A stretch of DNA of 21,004 bases from Rotaria socialis (taxonomy: Eukaryota). The DNA lies in NCBI GenBank assembly GCA_905331295.1, contig CAJNYD010000002.1, positions 124,001 to 145,004 on the forward strand. Reading direction: 5' to 3'. Position numbers and translations under genes: made by a program. A model generated the notes under the pieces. That model was given only the letters and a program-made list of their open reading frames with translations, made no database searches and was not told the origin of the DNA. Positions 1 to 11,500 of this stretch are shown here, piece after piece (position 1 is the first letter of the stretch; each line of letters begins with the position of its first letter).

Positions 1-561
1 AAAGGTGTATCACCTTTAATGATTTTCGAGAATGGGACAGTCGATCATGATCGATACATCAAAGAAGTGCTTCCGATCGCTCTCAAGTTCGGCAATGGCA
101 TGTTCGGGAACGATTGGATCTTCCAACAAGATGGTGCAAGGCCACACACCCATGCAAAATCGCAAGAATGGTGTGCTAAGCACTTTCCGTCGTTCATTGA
201 CAAGGACCATTGACCTCCAAATAGTCCAGACTTGAACCCATTGGATTACTGCATCTGGAACGAATTCGCTTAACTAGTCAAGTGGGATACGAGGACATCT
301 AAAACAACATTGATCACTGCCCTAAAACGTGCTGTTCGTGAAATTTCTCAAGATGTAGTTGAGAAAAGTTGTGCTTCTTGGATAAATCAATTGCATCGAT
401 TGTCTCAAGACAAAGGAAATTATATCAGATATTAAAAATATCCGTATTTGTAGAGAATCGAACGGCGATTCTTTCAAAAAAAAAAAGATCAGCTCGAACG
501 AATGAAAACTCGCGGATATAATCGAGAAATACGAAACAATCATTCTTTATGACCCACCCGT
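1..561 (+). mobile_element. 3' end of a decayed Tc1/mariner-superfamily element, DD37D (maT) transposase C-terminus plus right terminus
   Basis: Frame 1 reads ...WIFQQDGARPHT...DKDH*PPNSPDLNPLDYCIWNEFA*LVKW...KGNYIRY* (final stop 433-435). There are 37 residues between the QQD and PLD aspartates. Premature stops are TGA at 211-213 (W expected in WPPNSPDLNP) and TAA at 271-273. The element ends ...TTTATGACCCACCCGT followed by TA, like a Tc1/mariner TIR plus TA target. The left TIR is outside the window. Confidence 0.9.
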
Positions 562-582
562 TATATATATATATATATATAT
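562..582. repeat. (TA)n microsatellite at the transposon terminus
   Basis: About 10 TA units directly follow the putative TIR, consistent with the TA target preference of Tc1/mariner elements. Confidence 0.85.
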
Positions 583-631
583 GTATATTGAAAAACTAAA
601 TAAATGAACTTTTTCTTATAGAAAATAAAAG

Positions 632-2565
632 TTATCTTGAAGAAATAATATTTTGAAATTGTTTCATAACTGTTGATGAATTTGCTTTCGATGGTAATTC
701 AACAAAAACTTCTCGTTTTGATGAAAGTTTATTTTGATTAATATTCAATCCATTAACTTGTTCACGAATTTTTGATCCATTAATAGGTAAACGATAAAGA
801 GTTCCAACGAGAGAAAATATTTCATCTGATTTGAGAACATCTTTTGAGCTTGAGCGATCTTTTTCACTGTTAATTGTTCGTTTAAATAACTCCATTTCTT
901 GTTCATAACTTTTCATCATTTCTTCAAGACCTTGAATAACATCATTGTTTTGGCTACCAGAGTTTTTCTTCATTTGTTCTTCTCTTATAAAATGTCTCAA
1001 ATATTCTAATATATCATCATTTAATGGAAGAATTGCATTTGCATGAAGAAATTTTGCAAGTTTTTTATAAACATCTTCTATTTTTTTCTTTTCATCTCGT
1101 AAATCACTTATTCTTTTATCGATATCAGCTAACGAAGATGATCCATTCAGACAATGGATACTTGTTTCATATTCATATGTTATATGTTGGTGTTCGCTCC
1201 ATAAACAATCACATTTTAAACATTTACCTAAATGAAATTTAAATATAAAGGAATAGAAAAAAATTCAATTAATAATATCAGTGTAACTTGTTTTTTTCTT
1301 CATATAATCTTTATAATAACAAAGTAATTTGATAAATAAAATATAGTAAATATCTAACCTGTTTTATAATTCATTGCTTCACATTCTTGCATTCTTCGAT
1401 CATTAATAGTCTCTTGTACAACACCTTTCAAATAACATTCTTCATGACATTTTGATATGTATTCAATTTTTGTTTGATTATTAACAGTTATAGATTTACA
1501 ACATTTTTCATTAATACAAACAGTTCTTGGATGAGCTAATGGAATAATTTTAGCTTCATTTTGTGGTAAACCTTGATTAGCTAATTGCGGATTTTTAAGG
1601 ACATTTTCTTTATGTTGTTTAGCAAGTTGAATATTTTCTTGAATAAGTTTTGCTATTTCAGCAATCGGACGTGTTAACTTTCTAACTAATTGTTCAGCTT
1701 CATTAAGTGAAAGTGTATTACTAACAGCATGAAGAGGACGTGTCACAATATGATTAATAAGATTTGAATATTCTTTAACAGTATGATCCCAACTTTTTTG
1801 ATAGCTTAATGTTTGATCATTATTTAATCGAACACCATTTTTTCTCAATGCTAAATATCTAAATGGTTCATTATCTAATAGAAAAGTATTTTCTCTTGAA
1901 AAAGATACATCAACATCATGCTCTTTTTTATGTTGATCTAAAAGTGCTCGAAGAATTTTTGATGTTGCACCAGGTTTAAAAAAAGTCGCTCGAGCATTTG
2001 TAAATACAAAAATAATATTTTCGCTTGCACTCTTATGTAAGTGTCTAAGTAATTCATTGATACAAAATCTAAAAAGTATTGTTAAACGTTCTTCATTTGG
2101 TTTAAGTAAAATACAAATTCCATTTAAATGTTCATATTGTGATATGTAAGTTAAAATTTCATGAAAATTTTTTGTATCTTGTTCAAGACCACGTGTATCA
2201 CCAATACCAGGTGCATCGATTATTCGTAAATTTTTATCTCCAACAGGAAAAACAAAACTTCGACATTGTTGTGTACATGATCGGCCGTCTTCATTAAAAT
2301 CTTCATGTTCATTTTTCTGTCCAATTTCAATTGTTTTTTGTTCGAATGTATCATCGTCCGTAAATGAAAATGCTGATGGTATAACTGATTGAATCTTATC
2401 ATTGCAAGCTTCTTCTAATGTATCATTACATAAATAATTAGCTAAACCATTTATAAATGTGGATTTTCCAACACCAGTTTGACCTAATAATAAAACATTA
2501 ATATCAGTCGATGGATCATTATGTTGATTTCCTTTTATCATCGATGGTTGATTTCTTCTTGCCAT
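632..2565 (-). CDS. ~600-aa TRAFAC-class (septin/AIG1-like) P-loop GTPase with Cys/His-rich domain and helical C-terminus; exons 2565-1359 and 1227-632
   Basis: Motifs: G1 GQTGVGKS, G2 Thr (SCTQ), G3 DAPG(IGDT) and G4-like FTNA. A 131-bp intron at 1228-1358 (GTTAGA...TTTAG on the minus strand, phase 1) joins the two ORF-track ORFs into 1803 nt with no internal stops. The junction reads ...CEAMNYKTGKCLKCDCLWSEHQHITYE... Confidence 0.88.
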
Positions 2566-3086
2566 AGAAATTAAATTTCTTTTTTACTTATGCTTTTACT
2601 TTTTCTTTATTTTGATTGCGAAGACTAGGAAGAAGAAAACAAAACGAAAGATTGTTTGTGTTTTTATGTGTTTGGTAAACGAAAAAGAAAGAACAATCTA
2701 CAAAAGTTTGACTGACACAAGACAATAGGAGAAAAGAAAAAGGCAAACTTGCAACTTTAATTTTATCAAACTATTTATTTTAGGAAGGAAAAAAAACGAC
2801 AGGAATTTTTCCAAGTTATATTTATTCATGACGTAAGAATTTACAGATTATGTTTTTCAAAAAGAAAATAAAATCAATAAAATTAGACTTATTTCCAAGA
2901 ATCATGTGTAAAAGTTGCAAAAAAATTCAATCTTGACTAGTTAAATTTTTTTATTAATTATTAAACTAAATAAGAATTTTGACAGTAGAAATTTTCTTGG
3001 TTTCGAATTGGTTAAAAAAATAAACCAATGTGATTTGAAGATAAATTTCATTAATTCAGATATTTAATGCAAATGAAAATACTTCC

Positions 3087-3706
3087 ATGGATAATATAAC
3101 CAAAACTCGTCTTATCAATGAATTAAATGCAAATAATGATGAATTAAAATCTTTAGAAAATTTATTAAAAATTCAAAAAGAAAACTCAAATAAACGAATA
3201 ATAAATAATTTCGAACCATCGGTTATTATTGAAGATTTTCTTTATCATGGAGATTTAGCTCATGCAATTGATATTAATTTACTTGTGAATCTTAATATAA
3301 AAAATATTATTAATCTATGCGATTGTCAATTAGATGAACAAATTAAAGAAATTTTTAATCTTTTATGGATTCAAAATTTAGAAGATGATTTTCATGGAAA
3401 CATTAATGAATATTTTGATCAAACAAATAAATTTTTATTTAAATGTAAAGAAAAAAATGAAAAAGTTTTAGTTCATTGTCAAGCTGGAATATCTCGATCA
3501 TCTTCAATTGTTCTTGCTTATTTAATCAGGTTTTTTATTGCTATTTTTATCTTAAATTTTTATTCATTAATTCAAATTATTATAGATATAATAATTTAAG
3601 TTTAGAAAAAGCTTATGAATATTTACTGGAAAAAAGACCAATAGCTGCTCCTAATTGTGGATTTCTTATTCAATTGATTCGATATGAAAAGGAAATTAAA
3701 AAATGA
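3087..3706 (+). CDS. Atypical dual-specificity protein phosphatase (~187 aa); exons 3087-3529 and 3586-3706
   Basis: Has the PTP signature VHCQAGISRS and a general-acid loop (LEDD). The AYL...RP..APN.GF..QL motif is restored after removing a 56-bp GT-AG intron (3530-3585). The frame is open upstream to an AG at 3058-3059, so the true start may lie further 5'. Confidence 0.92.
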
Positions 3707-4403
3707 AAATCACCATAATGTTTTTGAAAAAAAGAAAATGATTTTTGTTTCCTTCTTATTAAGATAATTTTTTATTTATTTGATTTAATTTTATATTTAT
3801 CCTTATTAGATAGTCACATTCAAAATAATTCTATTGATTCTACTTAAATGTATTTTTTAAATCAAAATAAAACATTATATTCCGATTACAGATATTAATG
3901 ATTTCATCATGATCATCCGCAGTTGAAATAATGATAATAAAAACCAACGGAGTGTTTCTTCTGTATGTGTAAAAATATCTTTCGGATTTGTTAGTTAATT
4001 ATTATGAAATCAGATAAAATAAACTTTCAATTATATTTTTAATTATTTTCTTGATTAATTGTTATGTCAGGAAAAAATGAATTGAACAAGAACCTATACT
4101 ATTTTTTTGATTGATGACATACATGATTTCAATAAAAATGATAGTTGTTTCTTAAGATATTTCAAAAACTTGTGAACACAATAGTTATTTTCTATTGACT
4201 TTTTTTTCAAAATAATTTATGAAAAATAAATCATTATTAATGGTATAAACAAAACGTAACAAAACATCAACCAGCCATATTTTCTCATGATTCTATTAGA
4301 AACAGAATGAAAATTACATTAAAAACATGAATATTTCATTTCTTTTCATTTTTTTCGTTTGAATAATAGACAAAAGTTTTTTCAATTATTCAAATAAAAT
4401 AAA

Positions 4404-5003
4404 ATGACTGTGGACGAAACAGCATTAGAATTTCATGAGAAGAGTCGTTCAATACGAGTTCATGAAAATAATCGTCTTTGTGAAAAAAAAAATTATGAAA
4501 CATACGGTTATGTAAAAGGAAATCAATCTTATTCAGATGGTATTCATCATATTAGAATGAAATTTGAAAAAATTGAGTATACTGTCATTTTATCATTTTT
4601 TTTTGTTATTTAATCAATAAATAAATATTATTTTAAAAGATCATCAAATTCGAACAACTGTGAATGGTCTCCATGGATATTTATTGGATTATGTTCAGCT
4701 ACAGATCGATCAGCATATGGAGATGTTAGGTATCATAAATTACGTTCAGCTTGCGGTTGGTCAACCAATGGAGATATTTGGATAAATGGCATGGGAAAAA
4801 GAATACAATGGTCTGGTATTCCTATTCAAAATGATATTCTTCAATTAACTATTGATTGTAATCAAAAACTATTAACTTTAGTTAATGAAAGAACACATGA
4901 AAAAGCAAAACATATTCAAATTGATTTTCAAGATAAAACAATGTTTCCTTGGTGTTTTTATCTTGTTTTTGCTAATCATGGATATAGAGTACGATTATTA
5001 TAA
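4404..5003 (+). CDS. Small SPRY/B30.2-like beta-sandwich protein (~178 aa); exons 4404-4576 and 4640-5003
   Basis: A 63-bp GT-AG intron (4577-4639) fuses two short ORFs in frame. The pattern YSDGIHHIRMKFE...WIFIGL...GW...NG...NDILQLTIDC...FPW resembles the SPRY fold (recognised by eye, not by search). Confidence 0.72.
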
Positions 5004-5998
5004 TCTTTTTTCTTTTCTTTTCATTATTTAGATTTTTAATTTTACAATAAATTTCAACAAGATTTTATTCTAATTATATAAAATTATTGTTATAGGCTAT
5101 TTCTATAACACTATTAACTATGCCATTTATGATAAGTTTCATTTTTCCGAAATTTCAAATAAGAGTGCCTATTCAATGATCAATCAATCGAATGGAAATG
5201 AGCGTGATATTTCTCTCTAATTATGTAACTCTGTTGATTCTGAGATAGCATAATTTCATTGAGTAGCTGTAGAAATTGATTGAGAATGTGCTCGAAAAAA
5301 CTTTGCAACACTGGCCTAACATAGTATTATCTAGCCAAGCTACTAAGAATTTTTGTTCTTGATCAATTAGTCAGACGAATAATGTTATTTTTTCCCATTC
5401 TACATTCTTCTTCTTATTGCTCGTCAATATGCAAACGAATTCAGTTTTTTTTCTAAAGTAATGAGTATACGTACGGTTTTCGTGAAAAACGCCTTTCTGT
5501 ACGTATTTCTCTAAAGAGTTTTGCAATGCTTTATTATTATGAGAATAATCGCTTATATTCAAGATCATACACATACAAACTTGTACAGAAGGGAGATGTT
5601 TCAATGTTTTTTTCCTGATATGAATTCTCTTCGCTGAAAGATAATAAGCGCATACCAATCATCCTCATTCAAAGTCTTATTTCATACAAGGATTAAAAGA
5701 TGAATTTTATTTGTTAGATATCTTGATGGCTTCGGTTGACTTTCATAATAGCTCGATTGAAGTTTTATCTCAATAAAATATACTATTACTAAAACAAATA
5801 TTTACCAAATGATGATATATCAAAAAATACTGCAACTAAAAATTTCATTGTCATCATTCTACACAATGCTTTTTTCCTTTTCGTCAGTAAAAATGACTTA
5901 ATCTAAAAAAAATATTCTTATCAAACGATTGCTTTTTTACAGCTATAAAATGCGGAGAATAAAATAAATGCATAGTAGACCCTTCTTTAAGAAGAAGA

Positions 5999-7037
5999 AT
6001 GTCGCTTTTTCAACATTTTGTTAAATTAAAAAATGAATCAATTGATATTATTTTAACAATAAAAAGAATGTTAGTAAGACCTGTAATGATGGTGTTACAT
6101 TCACTTTGGATAGTTATTACATTGCAAGAAAAAAGTTGGATTGAAAATAAAAAAAAATTAGCTGAAATTGATCGAAACAATTCAAGTTCAAATGATGAAA
6201 TGCCAAACGAACTTATTCAAGGAACAGCTTTCACGGTATGTTTAACATTTACTTCTTCAATAGATATTTCCTGTTTTATTTAAATAAAACCCGATGTTTT
6301 AATATACGTATAAGTTAATTGAAGAAAAATAATTTATTATTTAGGCTGGTTTATGTCCTCCATCATTAGCTGTTCGTTCATTATTCAGTGTAAATTTTTG
6401 GATATTTTATTGGAATCTTGAATATCAACGTATTAAATTATCTCGAAATCTTCCAGCATATTTAACAAGTCAAGGTGCAAAAGTTCCGAATACAGCTCAA
6501 ATAATTCCTGTTTTAACAAAAAAATTTTATTTATTTGATAATGATAAAATAAATATGGAAATCATTAAGTTAAGATCATTAATAAAAGATAAACGTTATT
6601 TAGTTATTACTTTTGGAAGTTGTACATGACCACCGTTTCTTGAGAGTTTAAAAGATTTTATTAAACTTTCTGATTATTACAATGAACTTAATTATCCAAT
6701 TGATTTTATGATTATCTATATTGAAGAAGCTCATGCATCAGATGGATGGAAATTTGATCGCCCTAAATATAGTTTTATTAAAAATCATAAAAATATTCAA
6801 GATCGATTGAATGCAGTTAAAATGTTAATTGAAATAACTAATATCACCAAAGAAAATCATTTATCCATTTATTCTGATACAATGGATAATCATACAAATC
6901 ATTTGTTTCGTGCATGGCCTGAAAGACTTTATGTTTTACATAATGATCAAATATTATATCAAGGTCAGCCAGGGCCTAGTGGCTATTCAATTCCAACTTT
7001 AGATTATTTTTTAAAAAGAAATGTTAAGAAACAATAA
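5999..7037 (+). CDS. DIO: Iodothyronine deiodinase-like selenoprotein (~309 aa, Sec at codon 174); exons 5999-6235 and 6345-7037
   Basis: After a 109-bp phase-0 intron (6236-6344, GTATG...TTAG) the frame is open except for TGA at 6627-6629 inside LVITFGSCT-U-PPF, the deiodinase active-site motif. Other deiodinase motifs are IYIEEAHASDGW, NHKNIQDRL, DTMDN, AWPERLYV and YQGQPGPSGY. There is an N-terminal hydrophobic segment (VMMVLHSLWIVITL) and a SECIS downstream. Confidence 0.93.
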
Positions 7038-7073
7038 ATTACTTTTTCCATTTGTCTTCCGGTTCGTTTGTTT

Positions 7074-7157
7074 TTCATTTTTTATGATGATTTGTATTTA
7101 AATTGGTTTTTAACCAGAGATACAAAACTGATCTTTGTTCACAATAAAAAAAATGAA
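7074..7157 (+). promoter_or_regulatory. Eukaryotic SECIS element (type II) in the deiodinase 3' UTR
   Basis: ATGAT 7084-7088 and TGAT 7129-7132 form the core with tandem GA/AG pairs. Helix II is 7089-7099 (GATTTGTATTT) with 7118-7128 (AGATACAAAAC), 10 of 11 paired including one G-U. AAA 7100-7102 is unpaired. The apical mini-stem is TTGGTT/AACCAG with a TTT loop. A possible helix I is TTCATTTTTT 7074-7083 with AAAAAATGAA 7148-7157. Confidence 0.9.
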
Positions 7158-7949
7158 TTGGAAAAACAATCAATTCTTTTCTATGTAGTAAAACATTTAA
7201 TTTTGTTTCTTATATATCATTAAAACATGAAGTGCTTTCATCATTCTATTCATATGAAATCACGAATTTGTGCAAATCCATAGGTTATCTGTGTATTACG
7301 ACTTCTTTTTAATTTTCAAAATAAAAAAAAGTCGACAATCAATGGCATAATTAATTATATCATTCTATGAAAATTATCTGTACAAATTTTCGCGGCTGAT
7401 TAAACTAAGTATATTTTTCCGATCATCAAATTATAAAGATATGATTTGATCGATTTTCTTTTTTAATTTTACAATCATTCGAAAATGACATTTGAAGAAG
7501 AATAGAAATGCAACCGATTTGATTACTTGTTTTTTTTAAATAAATTTATTCAGCATTACTCACAAGAATTTTATAACATTTTAAAAAAAAATATAACAAG
7601 AAATTTTAGTTCTTGAAGTGATTTTGAGGCGATAAATTATTTCATAAAAGTTTTGTCTTTCAAATAATGTATATAGTCAGAAGAAATGAATTCTAAAGAA
7701 ATTTCACCATAGAAATATCTAAAAATAAGACTTTCTTTTGCATTCTGTTGAATTCATTGCATCCGATAGAACAGCATCTATAGTAATGTTAATTAAAGCA
7801 ATCGTGACAGAAAAGTTGATTCTTTTTTCTCTTTCAGCCTTCAAATATGAGTAAATAAACTGAAAAAGAACGAATGAAGAATATCTTCTTTTCTTCTCTT
7901 ATTTCGATGTATAGAATACTAAAATAAAAATTGAAGTGAACACATACAA

Positions 7950-8543
7950 ATGGCTTTTGCGTGCATTCGTCCAAAAACGAAAGATGATTCCAATCGAAAT
8001 ATTGAATTAGAAAAACGAATAAATCAATCATCAACGGAAAATATCGATTTATCGAATCTGAATTTAACAGATCAGGACGTTCCATTTATCAATAGAAAAG
8101 TCATTAAAAAGAAAAAATCTGCAACTTTGTCATTAGCAAACAACAAAATAACGCCCAACGGAATTCAAATGTTGGTTAATGCTCTGAAGAAAAATAAAAA
8201 CATTACACATCTTATTCTATCATCGAATCCAATAGGAGATGAAGGACTAAAATATATTATTGAATTATTTAATAATAATCAAACACTTTATCATTTATCT
8301 TTAAATGATACTGAAATAACCGATCGTGGGATCGAAATGATTACTAGTGCGCTTGGATCCAATTCGACATCTCTTCGATGTTTGGATCTTCGATCAAATA
8401 AATACGTTACAGATTCATCGGTGGATTTTTTACTTGAAATGGTTGAGCACAATGAAACATTATCTGCTTGTCGTTTAGATAACTGTAGCTTGTCTCAACA
8501 AGCACAAGAAAAACTTCGAGAAGCAAAATCAATGCGATGGTAA
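7950..8543 (+). CDS. Ribonuclease-inhibitor-like (RI-class) leucine-rich-repeat protein, 197 aa, LRR-only
   Basis: Repeats of about 28 aa: LSLANNKITPNG, LILSSNPIGDEG, LSLNDTEITDRG, LDLRSNKYVTDSS, CRLDNCSLS. The coding region is intronless, and AATAAA lies near 8683. Confidence 0.88.
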   Translation: MAFACIRPKTKDDSNRNIELEKRINQSSTENIDLSNLNLTDQDVPFINRKVIKKKKSATLSLANNKITPNGIQMLVNALKKNKNITHLILSSNPIGDEGLKYIIELFNNNQTLYHLSLNDTEITDRGIEMITSALGSNSTSLRCLDLRSNKYVTDSSVDFLLEMVEHNETLSACRLDNCSLSQQAQEKLREAKSMRW

Positions 8544-11500
8544 TTTCTTACATATGAAACTTGACTTGGTTATTATTCATGTATTTCCTTGTTTAACTAA
8601 TTACTTTTTCTTTCTATTTTCGATTTATGTTTCATATCCAAGTTTTTTTTAATGATATATTTTCAAAAAAATGTTATTATGAATAAAATGGATACTTTCA
8701 CCCATATGAATAAGGCAATCATTAGTGCAATGTTAATTTGTATCCATGAATAGACTCCATAACACAAACTTCATCGAGGTCTCAATTTCATTTTTCTTTC
8801 TATTCATCTTGAAATATACAATCATTTCAATCATCGAAATATTGCTTACCTGTTCGACAGTCAACTGTTTATATAAATTCCAAGCATTTTTTTTACAGTC
8901 ATACCTTTCAACCCCTAATATAGCATACCATTTAAAATTAGGGAAAAAATTATTTATTCAGAAGGAAAAATGAAGGAATCGTTCAAAAGCATCCTTGATA
9001 ACAATTCATAGTAAAAGTAAAAGTGAATCCGAAGGAACGAATGTTACAGCAGACCACGCTACTTTTTACCGAATAAAGTGCATATTATATATGCGATGGT
9101 GGTTTTGTAGGAGTCGTGCTGTTACATTGTTTGTTTCCAGAGCTGGACAAACCGTTACTCACTCTATTCTCTACAGTTATCAAACGTTCATCGAAATGCA
9201 GTATTGATCGTAATCTTTTTCGTGTGCTGTCCTGTCGTTAGAGGACTCGTAGCATACGAATTCCTAAACCGTGGCAAATTTGGTTTACCAGCGACATACT
9301 CACTGGTTCAGGAGACCTGAAACTTTACATATCAACGCATAGGCAGCAGCTATCGCCATCAGACCCGTTTTCCAATGCATTTGAGACAGTTGTACCCGAG
9401 GCAGTCATTGATGCATCGACTCGGGAACAATAAAAACGTAATTCAAGCGGATATGTATGTTAGGGTTATGTTATCAGATGCGAACTCAGTATTTTTGACG
9501 CCAAATAGTGTCCTGAATCATGTTACCGAAAAGGGTTCAGTGAATCGTTTATATCGGCTTGACTCAACATTACTCGTGGTAGATTTCTCATACATTGCAT
9601 GGAACGACTGATAGTACTGCTGATGAGGAAATTGCGGAAAGGATTAAACTCTTATGTGAAAATTTACTCACTTCTTGGCAAGATCAATATTGTATTTGTG
9701 TTTGAGTTATTCATTGTTATACGTAGTAATAGGTGTTATTGTAGTTGTGGTATTGAATACTATCAAGGAAAAAGTTTAATGTTGATCATGATATGATATA
9801 GCATTATCATGATCTATAAGGGATGGGGCTCGTGGCTGTTGACAGGGAAGCAGGATAGATTTAAATTAGCGAACACTTGAATCCTTATATCTGAATCCCA
9901 TTGCAAAGGAGAGTATGGTCGCATTGAATGATTATGACGAATATTGCACGACAGAATACTAGGATTCAAAATATTCTCATTAAATGTAATAGTAAAACAT
10001 TTTGTCGCAAACATGTTAAGTATTTGTGTGAGAAAGCTGAACCTAGCCTGACGCTGAGATGTAAGTTAAGGCCAGAGAACAAGTACATGTGAAACAAAGT
10101 TCTGTGGTATGTCATTGACATTGTGTGTCGCTTTGTTGTATCGCAGGATCGCTCAAACTTTACTGAAATTCTGGAACTAACGATTAAATTAGGATAGCCA
10201 GCAAGAAGGAGACATTCATTGAACACGACAAATTGGTATATTTTGTGTGAGTTCGGTGCTAGGAGAGATCACAGGACACATTGCTTTTGCAAAATGTCGC
10301 ATAGGCAACAGATTGTAACATCTTTCAGGGTTAAAAAACGCTGATACAGAGATCGATTCGAAGAATTCACAGTATCCCAGGTCCAAACCGTACGGCGGGA
10401 AATTATCGGTTACGGCTTCATCCCTGCTGATTCCTGCAGCCAGATGGAATGCCAGGATCCTACTGCCATTTCCAACTTGGTTGCAGCGCCCAGATCCGAC
10501 CGTTTTTATTTTCTTTCAGACGGTTTAATCCCGCAACCGGAAACGATAGGATCTATTCGAAAACGTATTCCTTATAACTATATGACTGTGATACCTTACA
10601 ATCGACAAATTGGATAGCTCTCTCAAAAGAATCCCGAGAATAAAATTGTATATTCAATGCTCAAATGTATGGAATATTAAGAAAAACTATTCAGCGCAGT
10701 CCCTTTGTGGTCAAAATATGGAACTCACGTATATTCTTGAAGCCTCGATAAACCAAAAACAATGCGTAAAATGAAAAATTTCTCAGACTACTGATTTTTC
10801 AAAATAATTGATCATCACAGCAAAATCTTTCTCATTTATTTTTACATTTTCAAAAGATTATTGTATTTTTGTTGGCGCCCTTTTTTTTCTTTCGCATTTC
10901 TCCTATTTTTTCGTTTTTTCTTTATTTTTTATTCTAGTTAATAATTAGTTTTTAATGTCTGTAATGGGAGGGGAAGTCGCAGAATTCTGCCCCTTAAACT
11001 TACACTCACTATTTGCTTCAAAAATATACGTCAGTTCCACAAAAGTTACGATTCCATACGAACATTGGACTAAAATGGACATGATAGTCAGTCTTAAAGC
11101 AGTTTTAAGAAGTACGAATTTAACAGCAGTGTGAGAACATGCAGACTGGATACAAAAATGCTACGTAAAAGATTGCACAACTCACAACTCGCTGTTAAGA
11201 GCAATAGTTGAATAGAGATCACGATAGACTATTGAATTGTGTCTTCAAATTGGAAGATATTATTTAGCTCAGATGATCCCTCGCGACAATGCACGATAAC
11301 TAGGTAAACGAAACGACTACTGAGCCGATTTAAATTAATTTAATTGCCAGAGTTCAAAAACATCTGGTACAAAAAAAACCGACACCATAAAAAGCAATAA
11401 ATTAAACGTTCAATTCTGGAAAGTCTAAAAACCGACAAAATACTCAAATCTTATCATTTTAAAGGTCTTCGAGCACATCTGTCACAGATACGAACGGAAG

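Noticed and set aside
211..213. In-frame TGA in the transposase as possible Sec or alternative genetic code
   Set aside because: It aligns to a conserved Trp, a TAA stop also occurs at 271, no SECIS is evident, and TGA serves as a normal stop in the DUSP gene. This is simple decay.
5100..5950. Intergenic segment with a 95-aa minus-strand ORF, possibly a repeat remnant
   Set aside because: No recognisable motifs, TIR pair or TSD.
7782..7837. Strong acceptor upstream of the LRR gene as a trans-splice site
   Set aside because: An upstream GTAATG gives an ordinary 56-bp 5'-UTR intron, so trans-splicing is not needed to explain it.
8746..10300. Several short ORFs and an exon-like stretch (ISHTLHGTTDSTADEEIAERIKLLCENLL)
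   Set aside because: They could not be assembled into a gene or assigned to a family.
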